From Bacilli bacterium (GTDB lineage Bacteria > Bacillota_I > Bacilli_A > RF39 > UBA660): DNA of 38,675 nt. Within the stretch, counting starts at the first letter, position 1. Each line of letters starts with the position of its first letter. The stretch is taken from NCBI GenBank assembly GCA_007117285.1, contig SKGW01000053.1, forward strand, positions 1-38,675. The letters are read 5' to 3'. Both the position numbers and the translations under genes were made by a program. This document shows positions 1 through 8,143 of this stretch, in pieces. The notes beneath the pieces are model-generated. The model ran no database searches. It saw only the letters and a list, made by a program, of their open reading frames with translations, and was not told the DNA's origin.

Positions 1-1
1 A

Positions 2-592
2 ATGAACACAAAAGCCGTAATATTTAACAATAGAACTTACGTTCCGCTTTCATTTGTAAGTCAAATTTTCGGAATGCAAGTAAATTGGAATAAAAATTAC
101 TTAGGTGGAGCTGATATATATATTGTCGACATGTATCAGCAACAAGTTAGTCGCGGTACCGAAAGAACCGAAATTTTAAAACCAAATCATATATATTTTG
201 GAAGCAAAGAGATTCGTTACTACGAGGGAGGTCAATCTCAGGGACAGAGCATTATAGATAGATCTCCAAGCGTAGCATCAACATGGGGTGGCACCAAATT
301 TTGGTCACCTTATGATAACCAAAATACACACTTCATTGCTCATTCACATTCCGCTTTCAACGGCCTGTGGAATTTAGTAAGTGGTGATACTGTTAAAGTT
401 ACAGACAGTAGTGGAAAATCATACTCATATAGAGTGGTTGATAAATACATTGTCGATGAATTCGGTCGATCTATATCAACTAATATTAGCTATTATGATA
501 GAATAACCGGTTTAGCTGGAGGAGAAAGAATAACACTGCAGACTTGCCATACAATTGAAGGTCAAAATTGGATAATAGAAGCGGTTAGATAA
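2..592 (+). CDS. Sortase-family transpeptidase, 3' part (5' end outside window), preceded by a copper-amine-oxidase-N-like domain
   Basis: The ORF is open at the window edge. AVIFNNRTYVPLSFVSQIFGMQVNWN resembles the Cu-amine-oxidase N-terminal-type domain common in Firmicute surface proteins. Downstream, HFIAHSH ... GDTVKV ... YSYRVV ... ITLQTCH ... IIEAVR gives the His / TLxTC-Cys / Arg order of sortases. Confidence 0.6.
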   Translation: MNTKAVIFNNRTYVPLSFVSQIFGMQVNWNKNYLGGADIYIVDMYQQQVSRGTERTEILKPNHIYFGSKEIRYYEGGQSQGQSIIDRSPSVASTWGGTKFWSPYDNQNTHFIAHSHSAFNGLWNLVSGDTVKVTDSSGKSYSYRVVDKYIVDEFGRSISTNISYYDRITGLAGGERITLQTCHTIEGQNWIIEAVR

Positions 593-619
593 AACTTCAG
601 AAATGAAGTTTTTCTTTTT
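592..619 (+). terminator. Intrinsic terminator after the sortase-like gene
   Basis: An 8-bp stem (AAACTTCA 592-599 / TGAAGTTT 604-611) with a GAAA loop, followed by a T-rich run. Confidence 0.75.
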
Positions 620-657
620 CAAAAAATATGATATATTTATTCTAGAAAGGAGATAAT

Positions 658-1497
658 ATGAAAAAATTAATTATCTTAACACTTATTTTATTTATTTCTG
701 CTTGTGGTTCTAATGAAACAAAACAAGACCAGGAAAACCCATTGAAAGATATAGATCCTAAAACAGTAGTGGAATTTAAAGACGAAGAATTCGAAAAAAT
801 GATTAGAGAGATGACGTTGAAGCCAGATGGGGACATTTATGCCGAGGATATGGAGGCCTTCGATGAAATCAACTTAAATGCAGTTCAAGTTAGTGATTTA
901 ACAGGTTTAGAGTATGCAAAAAATTTGACCATCTTTTCTGCCAATAAAACTAACCTAAATTCACTGAAACCGCTAAAAAATTTAGAAAAACTTGAGAGAT
1001 TAACAATAAGATATCTTGAATTAGAAGATCCAATTTTAGAATTCTCAAACAATGTCAATCTTAATTACGTTCTTATAATTGAAACCAATATAAGTAATTT
1101 AGACTTCTTAACTAATATGACAAACTTAGATTACCTTACAGTCAACAGAAGTGGGGTAACTAACATTGAATCACTCGAAAAATTAAACAATTTGACACAC
1201 ATTAACTTTCACGGTAACGATATTACCGATATTGAACCACTTAGAGGTAAAACAAAAGTTACCAGCATTAACTTCCAAAGCAATGAAAATCTCGCTAATA
1301 TTGACGCTTTAGAAGAGCTGACAAGTTTAGAATATGTCACCTTGTCATATACTTCTGTGAGAAATTTAAAACCTTTAGAAGAACTAGAAAAGCTAGAAGA
1401 CCTTACAATTTATTTGAACCATGACGTAAAACATATGATTTTTGATCAAATTTCGCTTTTTGAGAATAAGGGCGTTGAAGTTTCGTATCATAGATAG
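658..1497 (+). CDS. Leucine-rich-repeat (internalin-like) lipoprotein
   Basis: AAAGGAG lies upstream of the ATG. The signal peptide carries a lipobox (LILFISAC-GS). About 22-residue LxxLxxLxxLxL/NxL repeats run through most of the protein. Confidence 0.8.
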   Translation: MKKLIILTLILFISACGSNETKQDQENPLKDIDPKTVVEFKDEEFEKMIREMTLKPDGDIYAEDMEAFDEINLNAVQVSDLTGLEYAKNLTIFSANKTNLNSLKPLKNLEKLERLTIRYLELEDPILEFSNNVNLNYVLIIETNISNLDFLTNMTNLDYLTVNRSGVTNIESLEKLNNLTHINFHGNDITDIEPLRGKTKVTSINFQSNENLANIDALEELTSLEYVTLSYTSVRNLKPLEELEKLEDLTIYLNHDVKHMIFDQISLFENKGVEVSYHR

Positions 1498-1517
1498 CAA
1501 GCAAAAGCTTGCTTTTT
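1496..1517 (+). terminator. Intrinsic terminator after the LRR lipoprotein gene
   Basis: A 7-bp stem (AGCAAGC / GCTTGCT) with an AAAA loop, followed by TTTT. Confidence 0.8.
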
Positions 1518-1519
1518 AA

Positions 1520-1548
1520 TTGACCGCACAATGCAAAAGTGGTATATT
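1520..1548 (+). promoter_or_regulatory. Sigma-A-type promoter of the ABC operon
   Basis: TTGACC (1520-1525), a 17-nt spacer carrying TG at -15/-14, then TATATT (1543-1548). About 70 nt upstream of the GTG start, which has an AAAGGAGG RBS. Confidence 0.7.
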
Positions 1549-1617
1549 AAGTAAGAAGAATGCAGAGCGTTAATTTGGCATAAAGTTACCGAAAACAACC
1601 TAAAAGGAGGAAATTAA

Positions 1618-2508
1618 GTGAAAGTTCTAGAAATAAATAATCTCGTTAAAAAATATGGAAAAGTAGTGGCTCTAGATAATATTAACCTAAATGTAAACCA
1701 AGGAGAGGTTTACGGTTTCATTGGACCTAACGGAGCTGGAAAAACAACCACCATTAGACTTATATTAGGAATTTTAAAGGCAAATGAAGGAGAAATAAAA
1801 GTATTTGAAAAAGATGCTTGGAATGATGCGGTTATTATTCATGAAAAGCTTGCATACGTTCCAGGTGAAGTAAGCCTATGGCCCAATCTCACTGGTGGTG
1901 AAATCATTGATTTGTTTTTAAAACTAAGAGGTGAGATCAATTACGAAAAAAGAGATGAACTTGTAAAGCGATTTAATCTCGACACAAGCAAAAAGTGTAG
2001 AACATAATCAAAGGGCAATAGACAGAAAGTTGCACTAATAGCAGCTTTTGCATCTGATGCAGATTTATATATATTAGATGAACCAACATCAGGACTAGAC
2101 CCACTTATGGAAAAGATCTTTCAAGAGTGTGTAAGAGAAGTAAAAAAACAAGGGAAAAGCGTTTTCTTGTCAAGTCACATACTATCCGAAGTTGAAAAAC
2201 TATGTGATCGCGTCAGCATAATTAGAGAAGGTAAAATAATAGAAACAGGAACGCTTGAAGAATTGCGTCACTTAACACAAACAAGCATTTATTTAGAAAC
2301 AAAAAAACCTTTGAATGATTTAGAGAAATTAGAGTATATATCAAATTTTTCTAAAAAAGAAAAAGGAGTTTCATTTCAAGTAGATACCGACAAAATTGGT
2401 GAAGTAGTCAAGTATATAGCCGACTATGAAGTTTTAAAATTTGAAAGCGCTCCACCAAATTTAGAAGAATTATTTATGCGTCACTATGAAAATGACGGGG
2501 GTGTTTAA
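1618..2508 (+). pseudogene. ABC-2-type exporter ATP-binding protein interrupted by one in-frame TAA
   Basis: ORFs 1618-2007 and 2107-2508 are in the same frame. Walker A (GPNGAGKTT) is in the first piece. TAA at 2005-2007 sits where the ABC signature would read (Y)SKGNRQKV. Walker B (LYILDEPTSGLD) follows the stop. Confidence 0.8.
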
Positions 2509-2510
2509 TC

Positions 2511-4118
2511 TTGAAACACTCATATAGCAATGTTTTGAATTTAAGTAAATTAGTTTTAAAAAAAAGCATACTAGGCCTATCAATATGGATTTTTGTTTTA
2601 ACAGTAATTACATTAATAGTGGCAGCAGCGTTTACGAATTTATATTCTGGTCCAGAGGAAGTATTAGCAATAGCAGAAACCATGAAAAATCCAGCAATGA
2701 TCGCAATGGTCGGTCCTGGATATGGGATTGATAACTATACTTCAGGTGCAATGATGGCTCATCAAATGTTACTGTTTACTGGACTTGCTGTGGCGGTAAT
2801 GGCAATAATGTTTGTATCAAAAAACACTAGAGCAGATGAGGAAAGCGGAAAGTTAGAATTAATAAGATCACTACCAGTGGGCAGATTTTCAAATCTTCTT
2901 TCAACTGGTATCGTTGGATTCTTATCATTTTTAACTATGAGTTTACTTATTGCTTTTGGCCTATACTTTTTAAAAATAGAATCAATTGATTTAGAAGGAT
3001 CATTAGTATATGGATTATCTCTAGGAGTTATTGGACTGTTTTTTATGGCGGTTGCCAGCATTTTTGCGCAACTTTCAGAAAACACCAAAGGACTTTTAGG
3101 CTATTCGCTAACTTTTCTAGGAATATCTTATATATTAAGAGGTATAGGTGATGTTAATAGTGAATTTCTTTCTTTAATATCTCCACTTGGACTAATATTA
3201 AGAACTCAAACTTATGTTAATAATTATTGGTGGCCAATTATAATAATGTTTGCACTATCAACACTAATTTTTATAATTGCTATGTACCTAAATTCAATTA
3301 GAGATTTAGAAGCTGGATTTATTCCTTCAAAAGCCGGAAAAAGAAACGCCTCTAAATTTTTATTAAAACCGATAGGATTTTTGCTAAAATTACAAAGAAC
3401 TGGTTTAATCGGATGGACAGTAACGCTTTTTGTTTTAGGAATATCTTATGGTGCAGTTTTTGGAGACTTAGAGATGTTCTTCACAAATAATGAAGTTTTA
3501 CAACAAATGCTGCCGGAAGCAGCGGGAATATCGCTGGCTGAACAGTTTCTAACAATTCTTATGACAATCATTTCTATTTTTGCAACTATTCCTGTTCTAA
3601 TTTCAATGTTAAAAATAAAGTCAGAAGAAAAAAAAGGACGTCTAGAGCAAATATATGCTAAAAAAGTGTCTCGTAATGAAATGTTAACTTACCACTTGAT
3701 AATATCAATGTCACTTACTTTTGCAACAATCTTTTTCTCAGCACTGGGATTGTGGCTTGCATCAACATCTGTGATGAGCGATCCAATATCTTTTCTAAAC
3801 ATATGTAAAAGTGCATTTATTTATGCTCCAGCTATTTTATTTATGTTAGGAGTCACAGTATTTTTAATAGGTGCATTTCCAAGGGCAACTACTTTGACAT
3901 GGGCTTATCTAGCATATTCGTTTATAGTTGTATACTTGGGAAACCTTTTGCAATTCCCAGAATGGCTTGCAAAATTAAGCCCATTTGGTAACATTCCTAA
4001 AATTCCAGTTGAAGAATTGACATTAACCGGTCCAATTATTTTAATCATAGGATTTGTTATATTAACAAGTTTAGGATTTTATACTTATAATAAAAGAGAT
4101 ATAAAAGAAAACCTCTAA
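2511..4118 (+). CDS. ABC-2 family transporter permease (multi-pass membrane protein)
   Basis: TTG start 3 nt after the ATPase stop, with GGGGGTG about 10 nt upstream. 535 aa with many hydrophobic segments in two halves, as expected for the permease partner of this type of ATPase. Confidence 0.75.
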   Translation: MKHSYSNVLNLSKLVLKKSILGLSIWIFVLTVITLIVAAAFTNLYSGPEEVLAIAETMKNPAMIAMVGPGYGIDNYTSGAMMAHQMLLFTGLAVAVMAIMFVSKNTRADEESGKLELIRSLPVGRFSNLLSTGIVGFLSFLTMSLLIAFGLYFLKIESIDLEGSLVYGLSLGVIGLFFMAVASIFAQLSENTKGLLGYSLTFLGISYILRGIGDVNSEFLSLISPLGLILRTQTYVNNYWWPIIIMFALSTLIFIIAMYLNSIRDLEAGFIPSKAGKRNASKFLLKPIGFLLKLQRTGLIGWTVTLFVLGISYGAVFGDLEMFFTNNEVLQQMLPEAAGISLAEQFLTILMTIISIFATIPVLISMLKIKSEEKKGRLEQIYAKKVSRNEMLTYHLIISMSLTFATIFFSALGLWLASTSVMSDPISFLNICKSAFIYAPAILFMLGVTVFLIGAFPRATTLTWAYLAYSFIVVYLGNLLQFPEWLAKLSPFGNIPKIPVEELTLTGPIILIIGFVILTSLGFYTYNKRDIKENL

Positions 4119-4129
4119 TTAGAGGTTTT
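4108..4129. terminator. 22-bp perfect palindrome containing both convergent stop codons; candidate bidirectional terminator
   Basis: AAAACCTCTAATTAGAGGTTTT, with an A-run on one side and a T-run on the other. The + strand TAA (4116-4118) and the - strand TAG (4115-4117) lie at its centre. Confidence 0.55.
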
Positions 4130-4771
4130 TTTGTCGTTATATCTTTCTTGAATGTGACTTGCGTCACAAAACGGCTTATTTTTTGAAGCTCCGCATCTAC
4201 AAAGCGTTACTCTATTTCTTACTGTTAATTCATTGTTTTCTTCATCAATTATAGGAATTCCACCCTTAACAAAAATGGGACCGCTGCATCCTTTTTCGTT
4301 ATCTTGTAAAATTGATATTTCTTGTTCCAGTACTGGTTCGATAACCTCATTATGTTCCTTAACAACCAATCTTCCCGATGGACAGTCATGAGCAAGCTTT
4401 TTAACGACATCAGAATTACCATCCTCAATTAACTTCCAAATGTCGCTGTTGTTAGTAATGCAAAACCTTGCACTTGAACACAGCTTTTTAGTATCTAACA
4501 AAGTTATTTTTTCATTTTCATAAATCGTAGTCTCATGTTCTTCTTCTTGACAACAGTTTCCATTAAAGCCTGCTTTTATATGAGAACCATCACAAAAAGG
4601 AGGATTCTTGCTATGTCCACAACGACACAAAAAATAAGTTTCTTCAACAGGAAAAACTTCCCCCTCGTTATATGAATACTTATCAGCATTAGCTAGTACA
4701 GTTAATTCATTTAAAGGAATGCTTCCTGTAACTTTATACGGACCATTTTTCATTATCTTAATTTTTTTCAT
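4115..4771 (-). CDS. CDGSH-type iron-sulfur domain protein (two CDGSH motifs flanking a Cys-rich middle domain)
   Basis: CRCGHSKNPPFCDGSH and CRCGASKNKPFCDASH motifs. The middle segment has CSSARFC ... HDCPSGR. AGGTGA RBS upstream of the ATG. Confidence 0.85.
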   Translation of the reverse strand: MKKIKIMKNGPYKVTGSIPLNELTVLANADKYSYNEGEVFPVEETYFLCRCGHSKNPPFCDGSHIKAGFNGNCCQEEEHETTIYENEKITLLDTKKLCSSARFCITNNSDIWKLIEDGNSDVVKKLAHDCPSGRLVVKEHNEVIEPVLEQEISILQDNEKGCSGPIFVKGGIPIIDEENNELTVRNRVTLCRCGASKNKPFCDASHIQERYNDKKTSN

Positions 4772-4787
4772 CTAATCACCTTTATAA

Positions 4788-4796
4788 ATTATATCA
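4788..4796 (-). promoter_or_regulatory. Extended -10 box (TGATATAAT) for the CDGSH gene
   Basis: The reverse complement of 4788-4796 is TGATATAAT, about 17 nt upstream of the ATG at 4771 and just before the AGGTGA RBS. Confidence 0.55.
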
Positions 4797-4809
4797 TACA
4801 TCTAAATTG

Positions 4810-4818
4810 TGATATAAT
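4810..4818 (+). promoter_or_regulatory. Extended -10 box (TGATATAAT) for the nitroreductase-TspO-photolyase operon
   Basis: TGATATAAT at 4810-4818, followed by the RBS AGGAGAGG and the ATG at 4841. It mirrors the divergent box at 4788-4796. Confidence 0.6.
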
Positions 4819-4840
4819 TTTTTTATAGGAGAGGATAATT

Positions 4841-5356
4841 ATGGAAGATTTTTTAAAACTAGCACTTACAAGAGAAAGTTGTAGAAATTTTAGCGAAAAA
4901 ATTGTAGAAATTGAAGATATTAAAAAGTGTGTTGAAGCAGCAAGGATAGCACCATCAGCATACAATGAACAACCGTGGCATTTTTATATCATCGGTGAGA
5001 ATAAATTAGAAGATGTATCATCAAACCTCCAGGCCTTCACAAAAAAAGCAGGGGGCTTTATTGTGGTGTTTGAAAAACCAGCATCAATTCCTGTTAAAAT
5101 AACAAACACTATTAAATCTCAAGATTTCACTAAAATAGATATAGGAATAGCTGCGGCGCATATATGTTTAATGGCGACTAACATGGGAATTTCAAATTGT
5201 ATTTTAGGAATATTTAATGAAAAAAAACTAAAAGAAAATCTTAACATTGATAATAAAGATAGAATCAGACTAGTAATAGCGCTAGGTTATTCAGAAACAA
5301 AAACAAAAGAAAAACGACGAAAGGAATTAGAGCAGATTTCAACTGTTCTTGAATAA
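4841..5356 (+). CDS. Nitroreductase-family flavoprotein
   Basis: SCRNF ... APSAYNEQPWHFYII ... LGY pattern typical of the NADH-oxidase/nitroreductase fold. Strong RBS. Confidence 0.8.
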   Translation: MEDFLKLALTRESCRNFSEKIVEIEDIKKCVEAARIAPSAYNEQPWHFYIIGENKLEDVSSNLQAFTKKAGGFIVVFEKPASIPVKITNTIKSQDFTKIDIGIAAAHICLMATNMGISNCILGIFNEKKLKENLNIDNKDRIRLVIALGYSETKTKEKRRKELEQISTVLE

Positions 5357-5357
5357 A

Positions 5358-5810
5358 ATGATAGGATTAATTTTATTTGTAACTAGCGCTTTATTCATTG
5401 GTGGTCTTTCAGGACTTTTCACTAGAAATAGTGCTTCGGTTTATCAAACAATTACTAAACCGCTTTTATCTCCACCGAGTATAGTTTTCCCGGTTGTTTG
5501 GACTATCCTCTATATTATGATCGGAATAAGTGCGGCAATAATTTATCAAAATGAAAAAGATCTATTATCAAGACCATTTATAATTTATTACATACAATTA
5601 TTTCTTAATTTCTTTTGGAGTTTCATATTCTTTAATATGCAAAATTACTTACTGGCATTTATTTGGTTACTTATGCTTTTAATATCGATAATTATTATGA
5701 TATTTGAGTTCTACCAAATAAATAAATTAGCAGCAATATTATTGATTCCATATTTACTTTGGGTTTTATTTGCGGGCTATTTAAATTTATCAATTTACTT
5801 ATTAAATTAG
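5358..5810 (+). CDS. tspO: TspO/MBR family tryptophan-rich sensory protein
   Basis: Five hydrophobic helices. KPLLSPPSIVFPVVWTILYIMIGISA and a W/F-rich pattern typical of TspO. The start is uncertain: ATG 5358 or TTG 5349, which overlaps the upstream stop. Confidence 0.8.
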   Translation: MIGLILFVTSALFIGGLSGLFTRNSASVYQTITKPLLSPPSIVFPVVWTILYIMIGISAAIIYQNEKDLLSRPFIIYYIQLFLNFFWSFIFFNMQNYLLAFIWLLMLLISIIIMIFEFYQINKLAAILLIPYLLWVLFAGYLNLSIYLLN

Positions 5811-5822
5811 AAAAGGTGAGAC

Positions 5823-7163
5823 ATGATTGAAAAAGAAAGAATAAGATTTCTCAACAGTGAAAAAACAAAAGATAGGGAATATGTCGTTTATTGGATGCAA
5901 AATGCACAAAGAATTGATTACAATCACGCTCTTAATTATGCAATTGAAAGAGCGAATGATTTTGAAAAAAAATTAATTGTTTATTTTGGAATAACTGATG
6001 AATATCCCGAAGCTAATGTTCGACACTATGAATTTATGACTGAAGGACTTAGAGAAGTAAAAACTAATTTAGAAAAAATTGGAATTAAATTTTTCATTGA
6101 GCACATATCACCTGATGAGGGAATAATTAATTTAAGCAAAAAAGCCTCTCTAGTAGTTGTTGATAAGGGGTATTTAAAAATTGAAAAAAAATGGAGAGAA
6201 AATGTTTCACAAAACATAGACATTCCGTTGATAGAAATAGAAACTAACTTAACAGTACCTATTGAAACAACTTCGTTAAAAGAGGAATATGGTGCATACA
6301 CAATAAGAAACAAGATATGGAGAAACCTTTTAATAAAAGAAGTTAATAGTAACCTTTTCATAAATTTAAAATCCAATAAGGATAAATTTAGTAATGAGTT
6401 TGATTTAGATGTTTCCAAACTAAATATAGATAGATCTGTTGAAAAGTCGAAATACTTCATCGGTGGTACTTCAGAAGCAAGAAAAAAACTAAAAAAGTTT
6501 ATAAATGAAAAATTAGAATGTTATGAAGAACTTCGAAACAACCCAGAAATGGACTTCCAATCAGACCTAAGTCCATATCTTCATTTTGGTCAAATATCAC
6601 CAATTGAAATATACTTAAAAGTAAAAGATCTTAAAAATTCAGATACTTTCATAGAAGAATTAATTGTAAGAAGAGAACTATCATACAATTTTGTTTATTA
6701 TAATGATAACTATGATAACTTTAATTCACTTCCTAATTGGGCGATTGAAACCTTAGAGACTCATGCAACTGATAAAAGAGAACAAACCTATACAATAAAA
6801 GAATTGGAAGAAGGAAGAACTCATGATATATATTGGAATGCAGCTCAAATGGAAATGAATATTACCGGAAAAATGCATGGATACATGAGAATGTATTGGG
6901 GCAAAAAGGTTATTGAGTGGACTGAAAGTCCAAAAGAAGCATATAAAACTTTGATTTATCTCAATAATAAATATAGTATTGATGGAAGAGATCCCAATAG
7001 CTATGCTGGAATTGCATGGTGTTTTGGAAAACATGATCGACCATGGAAAGAAAGAGAAATTTTTGGTAAAATTAGATATATGAATGCTAAAGGCTTAATC
7101 AGAAAATTTAAAATAGATGATTACGTTAAAAAAATAAATGAATTGAGTGAGACAAATGAGTAA
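5823..7163 (+). CDS. Deoxyribodipyrimidine photolyase, class II type
   Basis: YWMQNAQRIDYNHAL, RRELSYNF, GKMHGYMRMYWGKK and DGRDPNSYAGIAWCFGKHDRPW are class II CPD-photolyase-like motifs. AAAGGTGA RBS. Confidence 0.85.
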   Translation: MIEKERIRFLNSEKTKDREYVVYWMQNAQRIDYNHALNYAIERANDFEKKLIVYFGITDEYPEANVRHYEFMTEGLREVKTNLEKIGIKFFIEHISPDEGIINLSKKASLVVVDKGYLKIEKKWRENVSQNIDIPLIEIETNLTVPIETTSLKEEYGAYTIRNKIWRNLLIKEVNSNLFINLKSNKDKFSNEFDLDVSKLNIDRSVEKSKYFIGGTSEARKKLKKFINEKLECYEELRNNPEMDFQSDLSPYLHFGQISPIEIYLKVKDLKNSDTFIEELIVRRELSYNFVYYNDNYDNFNSLPNWAIETLETHATDKREQTYTIKELEEGRTHDIYWNAAQMEMNITGKMHGYMRMYWGKKVIEWTESPKEAYKTLIYLNNKYSIDGRDPNSYAGIAWCFGKHDRPWKEREIFGKIRYMNAKGLIRKFKIDDYVKKINELSETNE

Positions 7164-7935
7164 AAAAGAATATATTAAAGACAAAGAAATTTATTATAAA
7201 GATACAGCTGTTGTAGAGGAGTACTTGAACTACGCTAAAACTATTTTAGGAGAAGATATGTCTGCACAAGCAAAAAAAATGAATATTAACTTAAGACTTA
7301 TTTTGCTTTCATTATTATTTTCCAACGGAAAAAGAATTGTCTTCGAGGACGTTGTATCACAATTAGCTGGAATAAAAGGATCATTAGTAGCTTATGATCA
7401 CTTTAAAAAAAGGGGATTAAAGGTTGAAAGAGAGACTGTTTTTAAAAATGGTGATGAAATACCAATACCAGTTGATTTAGTTTTTGAAGAAAAAAACATT
7501 AAACATTTATGCGAAGTAAAAACAATTTCCCAAATTCTTTTAACTTCTAAAAATTATAAATTAGTTGACTTTACAGACAATCATGGTAGAATCAGAAGAG
7601 AATTATATTCCTTTAATTTTGAAAATAGGAAAAGAATTTTCTCAAGAACCGGAAAAAAACTATTAAAACAAATGGAAAACCTTTGTTTTTATAGAGATAA
7701 TCATAACAATGTTGAAGTGAACTTAATAGTTATGAAAAATGTATTTATCGATGAGAAAATCAAAAGTCAGTTAAAAGAAAAAAATATTAACATAATAATA
7801 GTGCCAACTGATATAGGAGATGTCTTTGACGAAGTTACGGAAAAATTAGAAAAAATATATCTTTTTGGCAAAAAAATGACTGACAATATCACTTTTCCAA
7901 CAGTCAATATGGCAAAAAAACTAAAATCAAGATAA
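7156..7935 (+). CDS. Hypothetical protein with PD-(D/E)XK nuclease-like core (possible N-terminal winged-helix)
   Basis: The ATG at 7156 overlaps the photolyase stop by 8 nt. AYDHFKKRGLKVERE ... PVDLVFEE ... HLCEVKT follows the YraN/Holliday-resolvase-like pattern of E, hhhD, then ExK 13 residues later. Confidence 0.5.
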   Translation: MSKKEYIKDKEIYYKDTAVVEEYLNYAKTILGEDMSAQAKKMNINLRLILLSLLFSNGKRIVFEDVVSQLAGIKGSLVAYDHFKKRGLKVERETVFKNGDEIPIPVDLVFEEKNIKHLCEVKTISQILLTSKNYKLVDFTDNHGRIRRELYSFNFENRKRIFSRTGKKLLKQMENLCFYRDNHNNVEVNLIVMKNVFIDEKIKSQLKEKNINIIIVPTDIGDVFDEVTEKLEKIYLFGKKMTDNITFPTVNMAKKLKSR

Positions 7936-8013
7936 AAAACAACATATATTAATATTTTGGGAAAACACATTAAATTATTCCGATAACTCGGGAAATGCCT
8001 ATAAAAGCAAGAT

Positions 8014-8108
8014 TTTTGAACAAAGTCTCAAAGTTTTGAACAAAAAAGGTCTAAATTCTTGAAAAAAACCAAAAAACATGACTTTTTTGAACATTTTTTG
8101 TTCAAAAA
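8014..8108. promoter_or_regulatory. Array of TTTTGAACA boxes ending in a 10-bp-arm palindrome; candidate operator/promoter region
   Basis: TTTTGAACAAA at 8014-8024 and 8034-8044. A degenerate copy at 8057-8067. TTTTTGAACA at 8084-8093 faces TGTTCAAAAA at 8099-8108 across a 5-nt spacer. The array sits directly upstream of the ORF starting at 8144. Confidence 0.6.
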
Positions 8109-8143
8109 GAGATATTTTGCATAAAAGAAGAAGAGGTGATTAT

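Noticed and set aside
2005-2007. TAA reassigned as a sense (Tyr) codon.
   Set aside because: TAA terminates many well-defined genes in this window (for example at 590-592, 4116-4118, 5354-5356, 7161-7163, 9975-9977). A single internal TAA is better explained by a nonsense mutation or a sequencing error.
2107-2508. An independent 133-aa gene.
   Set aside because: It is in the same frame as 1618-2007, has no RBS, lacks Walker A, and begins after Walker B of the interrupted ATPase. It is the 3' part of the pseudogene.
7978-7993. A small hairpin (TTCCG ... CGGGA) as terminator of the 7156-7935 gene.
   Set aside because: It has only about 5 bp including a G-U pair, and no downstream T-run.
8084-8108. 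The TTTTTGAACA/TGTTCAAAAA palindrome as a plain intrinsic terminator.
   Set aside because: The stem is almost entirely A-U and is followed by GAGATATTTT, not an uninterrupted U-run. The same half-site recurs as direct repeats upstream and at 10018, which fits a protein-binding site better. A dual role cannot be excluded.
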